NCBI GenBank assembly: GCA_965235115.1
Contig: OZ249439.1
Coordinates: 19,530,001-19,594,000, forward strand
Length of the DNA: 64,000 nucleotides
Direction of reading: 5' to 3'
From: Laetmonice hystrix
Taxonomy: Eukaryota
Below, in pieces: positions 52,601-62,973 of this stretch. Each line of letters starts with the position of its first letter. Position 1 is the stretch's first letter. Position numbers and translations under genes: made by a program. A model generated the notes under the pieces. The model was given only the letters and a program-made list of their open reading frames with translations. It was not told the origin of the DNA and did not search any database.

Positions 52601-55600
52601 CATTACTTTTTTCAGGTTAGCCTGACATAGTCCGGACAACGGTTACGGAATAGCCTGAAAGTAAAGGTCTTGTTATTTGGCCTAAAGTTCCCATTTCTTC
52701 TATTTAAAGGGGCCGCTGACTTGCGTGTGTTCAGGTCAAGGTAATATTACTTGGGCTAAACCTAAATCTGTGAGACATGTAAAAATGTTGACATATATGC
52801 CTCGTCAAGTTGTTTTTGGAGCATGTACTCGTTTTAAATGCTAAGTTTAGCTCACACCTATGTACCGCCAGTAGGCGTACTTATTTATCTAATGTATCAG
52901 TTATTCCACCATACTTTAAAAAACTTTCAACTTAGATGCATAGTTTGGCTAATTTTTGTCCTAACACAATAGTTTGGCTAATTTTTGTCCTAACACAACA
53001 ATGTGCACGAGCATTATTCTCAAAATAAACAAGGTAGAGTTTGGAAGGGCACTGATGAAAACTCACTCGACGAGTACCGTGATACATAAACCTGACCAAA
53101 CAAGGGAAAGGAAGAGGACACATCTATCTTACCGCGCAGTACTTCTCTGTCCCTATCCAAGAATTTCACTCATAAAAAGGCAAACCAAATATACGGTTTC
53201 TATGTCCTCGTATTTTCTATCAGGAAATAGTTACATTGTGTTTTTGGTCGCGTCACCATTCCAGATTGAGTGCTGATGATCAAGTCGTGAGCCTTTGTTG
53301 TGCCCTACAACAGATTCTCAAAACATGTTGGACGAGTAGGCTGTCGGCCAAGGAGGAGAAACGCAATAAGGAAAACATGCCCTGGATTGGAGAGGCGTGA
53401 TTCTATGGGATACATGTGTATTCATTTCAAGGATTTAAGTTTAGAGGAATATTTCTACACTGATACTTTACTATCAAATGAAAGGAGCATGATTATAAAT
53501 ATCACTGTGCCCTGGTACTGGGTAATTAGTTGGATTTAGCAAAAGTCTGTAACTGACATACAGTGCTGAAACTTGGTCCTAAGGCTAACAATTGATCCCT
53601 TCAGGTTTTAACAATTTCCACGACTTTTCTACCTTCGGTCATCCTCAATTAACCTGGTTGATTCCGTATTGTCTGGGTTGTTGAGAGGATCCTTCCAAAC
53701 CTTAGATGGCCTGATTTTTGCCATGTTTCTAGCTAAACAACAGAAATTTGATTCATGACATCAGTGGACGGGCGATGGCGACATCAACATTAAGATTTTA
53801 CTTTTTGTCACTGTGCAACTTTCTCTTCGTTAAACCACCGTTGGCTCAAGCAACTTGATACTACAGCAAGCAGCAGAGCATGCCGCTGACCGTCTCGCCC
53901 TATCCACGTCCTGTTCATCCATTCCAAGCCACAACCTACTCATTAACTTAATAGTTTTCAATCCATGACATTCTGACAGCTATTGAAGCCTTTGCCCAGT
54001 AAACCCTTTTCCAGTCTGACGGACGATTTCTATCCCCAAACTAACCCTCCCCACTCGTTAACAATAAGCAACATAAACAGTATACCTGTCCACACAAATC
54101 ATGCACTTCTGCGCTAAAATAAATAAAATCGGCTCAACCTGAAAGTAATTTTAGCAAGACAATGGGTTTTAGATCAAACTCCTTTCTATCTTTCAGTTTC
54201 ATGTCGTGATACGATACTTCTTCCTCTAAAATAACGTTTTTCCTGTTCTTTAGATCTTCCATTTCGAAATGTACCATAAGTGTGTCTTAAAAACAACACT
54301 CCATAATGGGGATTCCCCAATAAGAAATGCAATACCGCCGGTCGAGCCGCCAGAAGACATACTTCCTTCTTACTTTTACCATGTATAAAAGACCTGATCG
54401 ACTCAAGTCTATACATGTAGTCCTCTTCAGTGGCCAACTACAATAATATCTCCAGCCGTTGTGTACACTAGTGCTGTCACCATCTCTGGCAAATGTTGCA
54501 ATATTTCCTGCAGGAGCCGACGTAGAGTGTCTAATTTTCCTCCCATGATGCATCTACTTTATGACCTTGACGAATCCTATACTTTGATTGATATTTTATG
54601 AAGAACTTAGGTAAGGAATTCTTGCCGAGCTTGATTTTTTGTGTCTGTGAAGGTGCCACAAAACTTCATTGACTAGAAAGTGTTCTCATTGAGAGCTCAT
54701 CACCACCAGTACATGGACCACATCACCTGGGACAGAAGACAACGAATATATGTCCACATATCCATGCCCACTGCCTTCCATGAGTGAGCGCGGTGACGTT
54801 TTCCAAGTGGAATACGCCTGCCTAGGCTCAATCATTCAACAGTTCGTGTAAAAATAAACGCGACAAAGTATTGACGGAGTCTTCCTTTAAGTTAAGACAA
54901 TAGACAAGGATAGGTTAAATAATAGGTCATATTTCCTTTCATCAACCTTTACAAGATATTGTATTTTGATGTGTCAGCATCTGAATAATTAGTATTTTTT
55001 ATACTTAAGAAGGTTTCCCCAACTTGAAATAACGTAACTCCGATAACTCGTAAAGGACACAAAGAGCCTAAACACACCTAAAACTAAAATACGTTGTTAA
55101 ATCTTTGAATTATCCCAGCAGATTAACCCTTTCAATACGGTTGTGTTACCTTCGCAAAAGTGACGTTGAGGGTAAGAATTTCAATATTTTAACCTAGATC
55201 CAATTAGAATTGAAAAGGAATAGATGTCTACCCCGTTACCTTAGAACGGCAGCTTCCCCATTCCCCGTGTATAACGTGGACTTGCCGCATTCCAAAAATA
55301 TGAAATACGAGGCTCACAGCTCCCCAACTAACTGAATCTAAATTCAATTTCCATTTGAAATTGAAGATGCACAGTCCTGTCCAACAACTTTAATGAATAC
55401 CTATTTATGTGCTGCTCTGAGTTTTTCCTTTTCCCTTGAGGAGAGGTAATCAGTCAAAGACACTGGGCCTGGGACAACTTGGATGAGCATTTCAATTAAC
55501 TTCCTTCCAAGGTTTCTATTACCAATGCAATCTATGTAAGCCTCCCAAGGACACAAAATATGTGCCGGATAAATATAATCCTTCTGAAGATTCATGGAAT

Positions 55601-58574
55601 ATGGGATTGCGGAATAAAGTCGATAGTAATTAGGAATAAGAAGAATATTTCCGAAGCTGTTAATATAATTTGCTGGTTGGCAACATATACCCAGTATGCT
55701 GAGCGACTGTTCGTGCACATGGCTGCACTAGTTCAAGGGCGTTCACCTTGACCAAGCTGTTACCTGTGCACCCCCAACAAGTGACCTTTCACAGGTGTAT
55801 AACCTGACGATGTTCATTCTGTATACAGAACCACTAACCTGCCAGGTCAACAGATGGTCAGCTTGGGCAACATCAGGTAAACAAACCGACTAATAGATCG
55901 GCAATGTGTGACAGCCAGAAAGTGCCTACTGCTGAATTACCAATATAAACCCGTTCTTGAAGGGAGAAAATCAAATATCAAGAGAATGTGAGGTTAACAT
56001 TTTAACGCTGACACCAAACAAGCGTATTTTAGTAAAGAAAAATAGTGACATAATTGGCCAACAACCTTCGAATACTCGGCCATCAGCTGATATAAAGGGT
56101 ACGGCAACGGCTACTAATAACTGAATGTGAACAACAAACTACCGTATGTAAACCACTTGAACACAACATCACGCAAAGGTCTTTAGCACTATGATTTCTG
56201 ATGCATACGAAAGACATGGTTGCAATTGGATCAAGTATTAGTATTACCCTCTTTTCCAATGAATGAAGACAAGCACGGCATGTGTACCGGATTACAATCA
56301 GTAAGCAGGCCGCACCAGAAAGGGGTCAGCTGCTCTTGGCTAATACCTCTCGGTTAGCACAGACCTGCTTAAGGTTGACAGCCTTAAGCACCATGACACT
56401 GAGCGACACAGAGCGGCCGGCAAAAATTGAATGCTGATGAAGTTTGACCTAAAGTTGTGAATGGCAGAGGGTTGTTGGCCGGTCAGTAACCCTCTGCCCC
56501 CCTCTGGAGCAAGACTGGCATCTCAGAAACAGGTCCCATGGAACCGATGTTAACAGACAACACAACTTGGACAAAAAATAGATCGTATGGAAAAACTTTG
56601 TAAGTGGGGGATTATTCATTTTTGTATCTATATGATACACCCATGTTCCAATAACTCAGGCAAAATGCCCCTCCTCCCCCCAATATTGCATCAAGCAAAA
56701 TGCCCCCCCCCCCCCAATATATTATCTGTTTTGCCGCCACTGCTTTTACGCCAAACATATTATGACGTGACTAATCGGACTATGACTTCTGATACTAGGT
56801 GCTACTGTGGCAGTGAGCCTTTACAGGAGTTAAAGCCTCCTGGAATCTGCGTTGGCAATTTTCTTTCTTTAGCTCAAATACTATTTCTCAAAGAATAGTA
56901 CTCTAGTACTTCACATTTGCAACAAGATTTTACTTCTCTTCAGGCAAACAGCTCCAAGGATCTATCATAATCCATCTAAAGATCCATCTGTCAAGTGACT
57001 CACTATTGTAGTCAGCACTGATACTCCATTGTCCGGCTCATTATCAATATTACAAATGTGTACGGAAACAGCACCTACTATGTTATAATTTCAAGCCACT
57101 TTTTCTAATCTCGGCTGATTTCCGATACCCATAGAATATTCTCATATGAAGTGAGGTTTCTCTCAAACCGTAATAGATAAAGAAAGCTTTTTCAAACTCT
57201 ACTCATATTTCCCGTTGTTTGCGGTGGACAACGGCGATTCTTGGGATCTTTGTTGAGTTGTGGTCTCATAGTTTGTCAACGTCACGGGCCATGAAACTAC
57301 TTCACCAATAATACGATCGTGCCTTTACACAATCTGAAAAGCCTTTGCAGGTGAGCCGTTGAGATGTGAAGCCCATTGTGCAAGGGATGGTTCGTTAGGT
57401 CTGCATGATCCCATTACTCTTTAGGGCACCTATTGATCAAGGCATACCTGGGTACACCTTGCTCTGTCAGTTATGGACCACAGTAATGGGCGGAATATCT
57501 GGGTCACATGCCAGCATGGATTCTGTTAACATGTCAAACATATATGGACATGTTTCGTGTCCCCTACACGGTATAGCGGGTATAACCGACCAGATGTGGA
57601 CTCAATAAACGGTGGGAGCGGTTTGGATGATCCTTCACACGGACCTCCGCTGGGCTGTGGCAGGTACATGTGGTGTCTGGACCACATCACATGGCTGGGA
57701 ACTGCAGCACTCGGTGTGCTGTACGTGTGAGGTTTGGAAACACATCAAAGCCATCACACACATGATTCACATCATGGTCACATACGAAAACCCCCGTCTA
57801 TATAGTCTCCTGTGATTATAAATACGGTATCATATTAAAACACTGTCACAGGTTTACATGTCTGACATAGACACCAATGTGGTTAAATTCAGACAGGCCT
57901 ACCTGTCTTACTGACATCTGATTATTATAAACACACTCTGGGCCGGAACCACACCTTATAAACTGACGAGGCGAATACAACTCTTCTACTAGGGGGATCT
58001 GGAGGCATGCACACAAACAAACAAACAAACAAAACAAACAAAAACAAAAAAGTCTGCCATCAGCCTCGTCTGACTGCTAGTTACGGCCCTGACATTATAT
58101 GGTATTTGAATGAGGCCATGCTGTCATCATTCGATCCGTTTAGAATTACCCCTTTTCTTCCTCTCCCAATTGTATTTGTAGGTTATAGTTTGAAATTGTT
58201 TGCTAGGTGACCGATATATCCTTTTTATGCCATTATTGTTGGCTAGCCACCTTGACGCTAGCTCCTTGTCTGGGTGGGTGGTTTTACCTGCCCAGCACCT
58301 GGGGTTTATACAGTGCCTATAATTTAAAGTGCACTGCTTTTCACAGACGATCCCATTTATGGTATTTTAACTGCTTGGGATTCCTGTTATTTCAGTAAAT
58401 TTACATTCATGGGGGGAAATCTCACCTTTATGCGGTATAAACTCTAACAACAATAAGAACAAAGAACAATGGTACATTTTCAAGTTACACCAACATGAAC
58501 TGGTAGAAGGCGGCCTTACCTGGACTGTGGGCGTCTTCATCCATGTCCAACCCATCACTGCTGCTTGTTGCCAT
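1621..58574 (-). CDS. CRACD: Multi-exon CRACD/CRACDL/KIAA1210-family (DUF4592) gene; at least 897 aa, about 956 aa with the candidate 3' exons
   Basis: Nine exons join in frame with canonical GT-AG sites (junction phases 1,2,0,0,0,1,0,1). Motifs appear in the order I recall for vertebrate CRACDL/CRACD: KKFQPFKKMKRFF, an acidic run, SADSVF (cf. SHDSIF), DDPGLPSSP (cf. DDGLPRSP), LSNTGAKHKISVRP (cf. LDNSAAKHKLxVKP), PFKVVLRDT, and C-terminal EPAWFALARRK. Which vertebrate paralogue it corresponds to is unresolved, so the symbol is family-level. The 3' end is uncertain. Confidence 0.85.
2106..3015 (-). CDS. Candidate short 3' exons 3005-3015 (11 nt), 2623-2640 (18 nt) and 2106-2178 (73 nt)
   Basis: Each has an AG acceptor and a strong donor (GTAAGT, GTGAGT, GTAAGA). 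Phases chain 0-2-2-0 with no stop, giving MEEDVAWNQQTQLRSHRGMTTSEYSEIHDSGPLT. Pyrimidine tracts of the first two are weak. Confidence 0.4.
3268..4964 (-). CDS. CRACD: Large coding exon 9 (1697 nt), K/E/P/S/T-rich and probably disordered, with heptad repeats and EPAWFALARRK
   Basis: Corresponds to the 580-aa track ORF. Acceptor TTTCCTCACAG (phase 1). Donor GAG|GTACGT at 3267 is likely; read-through to the stop at 3220 is an alternative. Confidence 0.9.
4033..4347 (-). repeat. Coding tandem repeat: about 15 degenerate 21-bp units encoding a KPKVTEV-like heptad
   Basis: Translation reads KPKVVEV IPRSVEA KPKVPEV KPKVIEI RSKVTET KPKVTES KSDDTEL KPKIADV KPKASEV KPKVTEV RTKVTEV KPKVIET KPMIAEA KPSETLT KPLNPSR. 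Confidence 0.9.
5590..5788 (-). CDS. CRACD: Coding exon 8, acidic low-complexity KALPQVQEEQ...KASS+G
   Basis: Acceptor ACTTACAG, donor GTAACA, 199 nt (phase 0 to 1). Lies within track ORF 5552-5803. Confidence 0.85.
6165..6178 (+). promoter_or_regulatory. CTCF core consensus match
   Basis: CCACCAGGTGGCAG matches CCASYAGRKGGCRS at 14/14, about 210 bp from the tRNA. Confidence 0.55.
6375..6379 (-). terminator. RNA polymerase III terminator (T5) of the tRNA-Met gene
   Basis: TTTTT begins 11 nt after the discriminator base, followed by further T4 runs. Confidence 0.85.
6390..6462 (-). tRNA. tRNA-Met (CAT), elongator type, intronless
   Basis: 73 nt: GCCTCGATGGCGCAGTCGGCAGCGCGTCAGTCTCATAATCTGAAGGTCGTGAGTTCGAGCCTCACTCGGGGCA. 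The acceptor stem pairs (G1:C72, not the initiator A1:U72), the anticodon loop is CTCATAA, the T-loop is TTCGAG and A/B boxes are intact. Confidence 0.97.
6500..6558. repeat. Tandem duplication, period 30 bp, two copies
   Basis: CGACCAGCTATGTAGGTCATCAGCGTTCT at 6500-6528 and 6530-6558, identical. Confidence 0.95.
7024..7042. repeat. (TA)n microsatellite
   Basis: Direct reading of the sequence. Confidence 0.9.
7081..7241 (-). CDS. CRACD: Coding exon 7 with the family hallmark SLSNTGAKHKISVRPQRTRPS
   Basis: Acceptor CACTGCAG, donor GTAAGG, 161 nt (phase 1 to 0). Confidence 0.9.
7490..7550 (-). CDS. CRACD: Coding exon 6, DVFRVNWADVVPNPKGPASR+G
   Basis: Acceptor GTTTGCAG, donor GTATGG, 61 nt. 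It supplies exactly the phase 0-to-1 shift needed between exons 5 and 7. Confidence 0.78.
9231..9305 (-). CDS. CRACD: Coding exon 5, KPNRHESKHSVTSDMNSSDDELEEK
   Basis: Acceptor CTATTACAG, donor GTGAGA, 75 nt (phase 0 to 0), open frame. Confidence 0.85.
9715..9828 (-). CDS. CRACD: Coding exon 4, NELFQKLKSRRAEDDDDPGLPSSPVTQPSTHDVLNDFK
   Basis: Acceptor TTTCCCACAG, donor GTCAGG, 114 nt (phase 0 to 0). DDPGLPSSP...HDV motif. Confidence 0.88.
12053..12295. repeat. 71-bp direct repeat (one mismatch) flanking a 101-bp spacer that contains a Pol III B-box-like motif
   Basis: Copies at 12053-12123 and 12225-12295. The spacer contains GGTTCGATTCC. Confidence 0.9.
13661..13765 (+). repeat. Degenerate GGGTTA/GGGATA-like G-rich repeat tract, probably part of a dispersed repeat
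   Basis: ggggttcgggttaaggtcagggatagggataggataggga...ggggttaggggtta. Confidence 0.5.
24726..24739 (-). promoter_or_regulatory. CTCF-like motif (13/14)
   Basis: CCTGCAGGGGGCAG on the minus strand. Confidence 0.35.
25668..25803. repeat. Perfect 136-bp spacerless palindrome with nested hairpins; imperfect extension 25658-25812
   Basis: Centre GAGTC|GACTC at 25735/25736. The 68-bp arms are exact reverse complements. Confidence 0.97.
31306..31426. mobile_element. Short internally palindromic MITE-like element, possibly PIF/Harbinger-derived
   Basis: Termini AGGCCCGGATACAC and GTGTTTCGGGACCT match 11/14 as inverted repeats. CGGCCGATTTT/AAAATCGGCCG recur inside. TAA lies at both edges, overlapping the right terminus by one base. 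Confidence 0.55.
38848..38989 (-). CDS. CRACD: Coding exon 3, LVQLASNKTLSMSADSVFSPD...QPAFT
   Basis: Acceptor CACTGCAG, donor GTAAGA, 142 nt (phase 2 to 0). SADSVF resembles the family SHDSIF motif. Confidence 0.88.
39326..39416. repeat. Degenerate (CAC/CAT)n trinucleotide tract
   Basis: accaccaccgccagcaccactacc...caccaccatcaccaccatcatc. Confidence 0.75.
40646..40708. repeat. Degenerate (CCA)n/(CCCCA)n tract
   Basis: Direct reading of the sequence. Confidence 0.75.
42502..42692. mobile_element. Non-autonomous DNA transposon (MITE), 191 bp, with 5-bp target-site duplication
   Basis: TIR CAGGGTTTCCT versus CAGGCTTTCCT (10/11). GTTCA lies on both sides (42497-42501 and 42693-42697). The interior has G, C and A homopolymer runs. 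Confidence 0.8.
42772..42822. repeat. Perfect 25-bp inverted repeat with a 1-nt loop
   Basis: CACTGGATTGGCGAGATGTGTTAAG-T-CTTAACACATCTCGCCAATCCAGTG. Confidence 0.95.
43060..43113. promoter_or_regulatory. Convergent pair of CTCF-consensus motifs
   Basis: Plus strand CAACCAGGTGGCAG (13/14) at 43060-43073 and minus strand CCACTAGGTGGCAG (14/14) at 43100-43113. Confidence 0.55.
44510..44880. mobile_element. Non-autonomous DNA transposon (MITE), 371 bp, with 5-bp target-site duplication
   Basis: Perfect 14-bp TIR CATAGGCGTAGGAA. AGGGT lies on both sides (44505-44509 and 44881-44885). Long G and C runs lie just inside the ends. Confidence 0.9.
47138..47324 (-). CDS. CRACD: Coding exon 2, DAKHGKTKKFQPFKKMKRFFSSRKR...TEEEEDDE
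   Basis: Acceptor TTTTTTTTAG, donor GTGAGT, 187 nt (phase 1 to 2), open frame. The basic KKF..FKK..RFF block matches the family N-terminus. Confidence 0.9.
52940..52997. repeat. Tandem duplication, 29 bp, two copies
   Basis: ATAGTTTGGCTAATTTTTGTCCTAACACA repeated head to tail. Confidence 0.95.
58013..58050. repeat. (CAAA)n-type microsatellite
   Basis: Direct reading of the sequence. Confidence 0.85.
58520..58574 (-). CDS. CRACD: First coding exon, MATSSSDGLDMDEDAHSP+G
   Basis: Strong Kozak context (ACCATGG). Donor CAG|GTAAGG in phase 1 matches the phase-1 acceptor at 47324. An acceptor TATTTCACAG at 58661-58662 implies exon 58520-58660 with 86 nt of 5' UTR and a further non-coding exon upstream. 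Confidence 0.75.
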
Positions 58575-58617
58575 GGTAATCCAATAAGCAGAGGGCAGAT
58601 GTGAAGGTAAAGACGTA

Positions 58618-58647
58618 TCAACACCACCGAGATACCTTTCTCCTCAT
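58618..58647 (-). other. 9-codon upstream ORF (MRRKVSRWC*) in the predicted 5' UTR
   Basis: ATG at 58645-58647 and TGA at 58618-58620, ending 43 nt before the main ATG. Depends on the predicted acceptor at 58661. Confidence 0.45.
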
Positions 58648-61600
58648 TTGGTAGTTATACCTGTGAAATATACAAATATCGGATACATGTAAGTAAAGGT
58701 AACGGTACTTCTGACTAAAACATACCAGTAACTTTAACTTGTGTCAGTAGTAATTTCCATTCAATCACATGTGTAGATACGACCTAATTACCAGCAAATT
58801 ACTTGAAGTAGCACGAGCAAAGGACCCTGGGGAGCAAAGCATAATGACCTCAATGACCCAGTGACCTGTTGTCAAAGAGGTTTTGGATAGCGGAGCCCGT
58901 TCACACATGGGGCGGTATTTCTACACCAAGCTCCCACAGTGGACCGATCACCTGCTCCCGACCCGTATACAGTATTTAGGTGTAACCCATTTCGTTACCT
59001 TTCGGACCACATAACGTACCGGTATATGAAAATAATTACTTCCATCAACACGAGTTTGAAATACAAAAAAAAATACAAAAAATTTTCTTTCATACTGATG
59101 GGAAAAGAAACATAACTTTGCACTACTTGACCTCTGACATTTGATTTATTGCAACTCCTCGTCATCTAAGAAATATTTGGTGATCGATATCTCACAAAAA
59201 TCTGCCATTCCCTTTCTCTTTAATGGTGGAGGTTTTTTGTACAACATTCTCATGTTTCCGCACCAACACAATGATACTTGAAGATAAGGATCTGGCTATG
59301 CTAATATTACAAGGCTGGTTACCAAAGTTCTCAACAGGTCCACGTTGTAAATTCTTCAAACCTACCGCCATCGCCCCCTGGCCCTATGGTAACTCTCTAA
59401 ACAAATAATACCTGCTGAAAACAATAGGAGTCATCAATATGTTGAAACCTCCAATTCACTCACTCACCGGAAAAAAATGCAACGAAGAGAAAAAAGCATG
59501 GATTTGATCTTTTTAAAGACCAAAGACCCCAAATAATCTGTCATTAGATTTTGTCTTTAAGTGTGTTTTTCATGTGCATATACATGTATGATATAGGAAA
59601 TTGCCAGTCATATCAGCCATGCATGACCTCACAGCATTTTCGAATCAATAAATGTCATGAATACTGTATGTACCCAACATATTAACACAGTCGTCTTAAT
59701 ATATGCATTTTGCTTCATGAAATCAATAGCCTGGTATTTCAGTCGTTCTGTAAACTGGCCAGACTCCCACGGAACCATACAGATGAATCAATGAGACTTT
59801 CAACCAGAATACCTTATGGTTTTTGACCGCCGCATTTGTTCCTGGGGTTGAGGTTATATTTGGAGCGGATTGTTATCATCAGGTTTGACAGGACCAAGGC
59901 CAGGTTAGAGGTCTGTGATTTTGTAACCTGTCTTCTATTCTCTGTGTGGGTCATCGTGAGGACTGCGCTAGACGGAAGTTTACCTCATCCAGAGAGCATG
60001 AGTAGAATGGAAGGTATAGCTGTTGACATATCATGGCTCTCCACCGGATTTGTACTTGAGAACTTGTCCCCTTCCTTGTCTCAACAGAAGCTACACAGTG
60101 ACACCATCATAACATTCCAGCAACCATCGCCCTTTCCGCTAATTTACCCTAGACTCCATCGTGCTATTGAATGGTTCTTTCTATTTCTTTATTTATTAAA
60201 CAAAATATATCATATTCCCTCTCTTTACTTATTCATAACCATAAAAAGGATTTGCACCGGTTATTATAATATGCTGCATGGATGCTCCGTGTATATTATC
60301 ACCCAAGGTTCCTATAGGCTATAATAAGAGTAGCACGTTATTTTCAGGAAGTAGATCATTACAGGTTACTTTTTTACGGAGTTGTGGCCTTTCTGTACTA
60401 AAGCCATTTCCTTTCACGGTGAATGACAGTTCTATATGGAGGAAACATGTGGAAGAGGCAGATTTGGAACACTTTTCCTTCTTTTTATTTTGCCTGTTTC
60501 TTCCTATCGTATGCTGCTGAGAAGTATCCCAGTAGACCACCATCATGAATTCTACTTGATTTGATTTAAAAAGTGGACAAAAAGATTTGTGGTAGGCACG
60601 GCTTCGACCCGTAAGTCCTGTCTCTGTGATGTTCAAGAATGACTCACCTGTCTGCAAGAACAGGTGAGCTGTGAAATAAGGCACCTGTTGACACATCTTA
60701 ATGTGGGACTCCTCCCAACACTGTGTCACCTCCGGGTCAACTTACACTCTCGACCTGTTCCTCTCAGAGAGCACACACAACGTTAAGACGTACTTCACAA
60801 TCTGTCTGGTCAAGACAATACATGTACCCCAACCCAATTCTTTACTGCGTCAGACTTTCTATTCTGGAATTTTGTCAAAGCTCTGGTCTATAAACAGGGT
60901 TAACATGGCTTCAGCAATGATGGGCACAGCCCTCAAATCGGAACAAATTGCGTAGTAAAAGGACCTCCGTTTGTATATGAGGACATTTCCTTCATAAGCA
61001 TCACGATAGATATTTACGGATCCTGCACTATGTGGGAAGACATTTTGGTTATGGCAATGTTTCTAATCGCCCTATTGATCGCATATTTTCTGGTAACATT
61101 ATTATCATGATACAAGTTGAAATATCACATTCAGCTCTTTGCCTTTGACTTAGCTGACCGGCACACTAGACGTTATCATATGTAAACAGCTAGGGCCCTA
61201 CCTGTTTATAATGGTGTCAGACTTTGATAACCTTTCCCTGTGTAAACCCCCATATTGGGCCAACAGCGTCCGTCCTGATGTGGACACCCGGGACACTCAC
61301 AATGGAGTGACCCAGAGATGAACTGATCTACTTTTCTCCAGCAAACTCAATGACACTCCTTTGCCTTCCATGCATTCACTTGGCCGATTATATAATGAGG
61401 AACCAAATGGCTAAAGCGTAATCCGATTGGTTAATCAGTATGTTACCAGGTATAATCCTGGCTGTGGTAATTCCATATTGAGGTCTATCACTATCAGTAT
61501 TTCACCGACAAGAAATGAGTCAGCAGAGTGGAGAATGTATGCATTGTTGCCATTGATACTACTTTATGAGGTCTCAAATTAGATAAGGCTAGACTCGCCT

Positions 61601-62973
61601 GTCAGTAGGCCTATGTACTCTTTCGCTACATGCTCTACTGCGCAAAAGAGTCCGCGAACTCCTCCATTCTTGTAAACTGCCCACTCCTTAGTGCTGGAGT
61701 TTCATGCCTACCCGCCAGTGAAGCTGCAGCGATATGAATGGCACAACCCTTTGCACTTGTGTTATGCCAATACAATAGGTCTCTAACATACAACTGCCAC
61801 CGCCACACCACAATGCCAGGAATATGACACAACACATTGACATGGAGACAAAGCTGCTGGAACTAACATGGTCATTAGTCTATTTATCTCGGGATTCTAC
61901 TTTAGAGTACCTGGCATGCCTGTACACAACCGTAGCATAGTCCATATCACTTAGCAGCTGCCACACATCAAAAAGCATAGCTTTGGGTTGCGTACCTTGT
62001 TTGGGGCTGCGGATGCCTTTAGTGCTCCGACCAATGCAAAGCACCAGAACGCGTTCCCACAGAGAAGCTTAATCCGTCACCGTCCTCTCTATCCGAGTAA
62101 TGCTTGCAGCCATTAACAACATTTACTCCCGATCACACAGCTGCTGCAGGGCGGGCTCCTGCACCTTGGGGCTGCCACCTTGTTTCATGTATTGTAAAGG
62201 TGTCTCTGTGTGTGGCTGTTAAAAATCAGACAGCCTGTTCACTGGCGTGGCTGATGGTCGTGTGCCGAAGCCGCCAGCCAGTCGTATGCTCTGCAGTATC
62301 ACTGTTTGTCAGTATCAACTGCCCTGCAGTATGGGCCTGGCTCCGCTCCGCCGACAGCCTTGCTTTGCTCACAGGGTGGTGGCAGCAGCAATTTTATCTG
62401 CTGTTAGCAGGACGGAGCATGACAATCAGGTGTATAATGCATTATAAGCACACCACTGGGACGGGCAGGTCGACCGTCGGGTTAGTCCAGGTTATAGGTG
62501 GATTGATACGTGGACCATAAGCCTGGATCAATGACAGATCCGCTAATATCATGACACACGCTCCATCTGCAGCCAACTTGCTTGTCTGTGTAATCTACGA
62601 CTTGACTGATGCTGTACATGGGCCTGCTTCCTCAATGTCCCAAAGAGTCCTGTATTAGTTAAATGCAATTACTTGAATAGACAAGACGGGGATTACATAT
62701 CAAATTACTCGAACTTTGTTACCCACAAAACTACACAATTACCAGAGAACATGCACTCAATTATTCGTTTAAATGATGTTAGGAAAACACAATACGGTAC
62801 ATCAGAATTAGTTAAGGCCTACCCACTACGAAAAATACATGCTGACCATTTACTAAACAAAGCGTCCTCCACATTCAACTTATAAGAACCAGTCAACAAA
62901 GCACAAGCGCTCAAATGTCACGGTCGTAGGCTTGCTGGTTCTTTTATTACATGAATGTGACATATGCGCATGA

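Noticed and set aside
59836-60729. 162-aa and 136-aa ORFs
   Set aside because: Non-ATG or weak starts, no recognisable domain, and composition like translated intron (F/L/I/Y-rich).
13198-61035. ProtoRAG/Transib RSS-like heptamers (scattered CACAGTG and CACTATG)
   Set aside because: Isolated 7-mers at roughly chance frequency, not paired as termini, with no nonamer and no RAG-like ORF.
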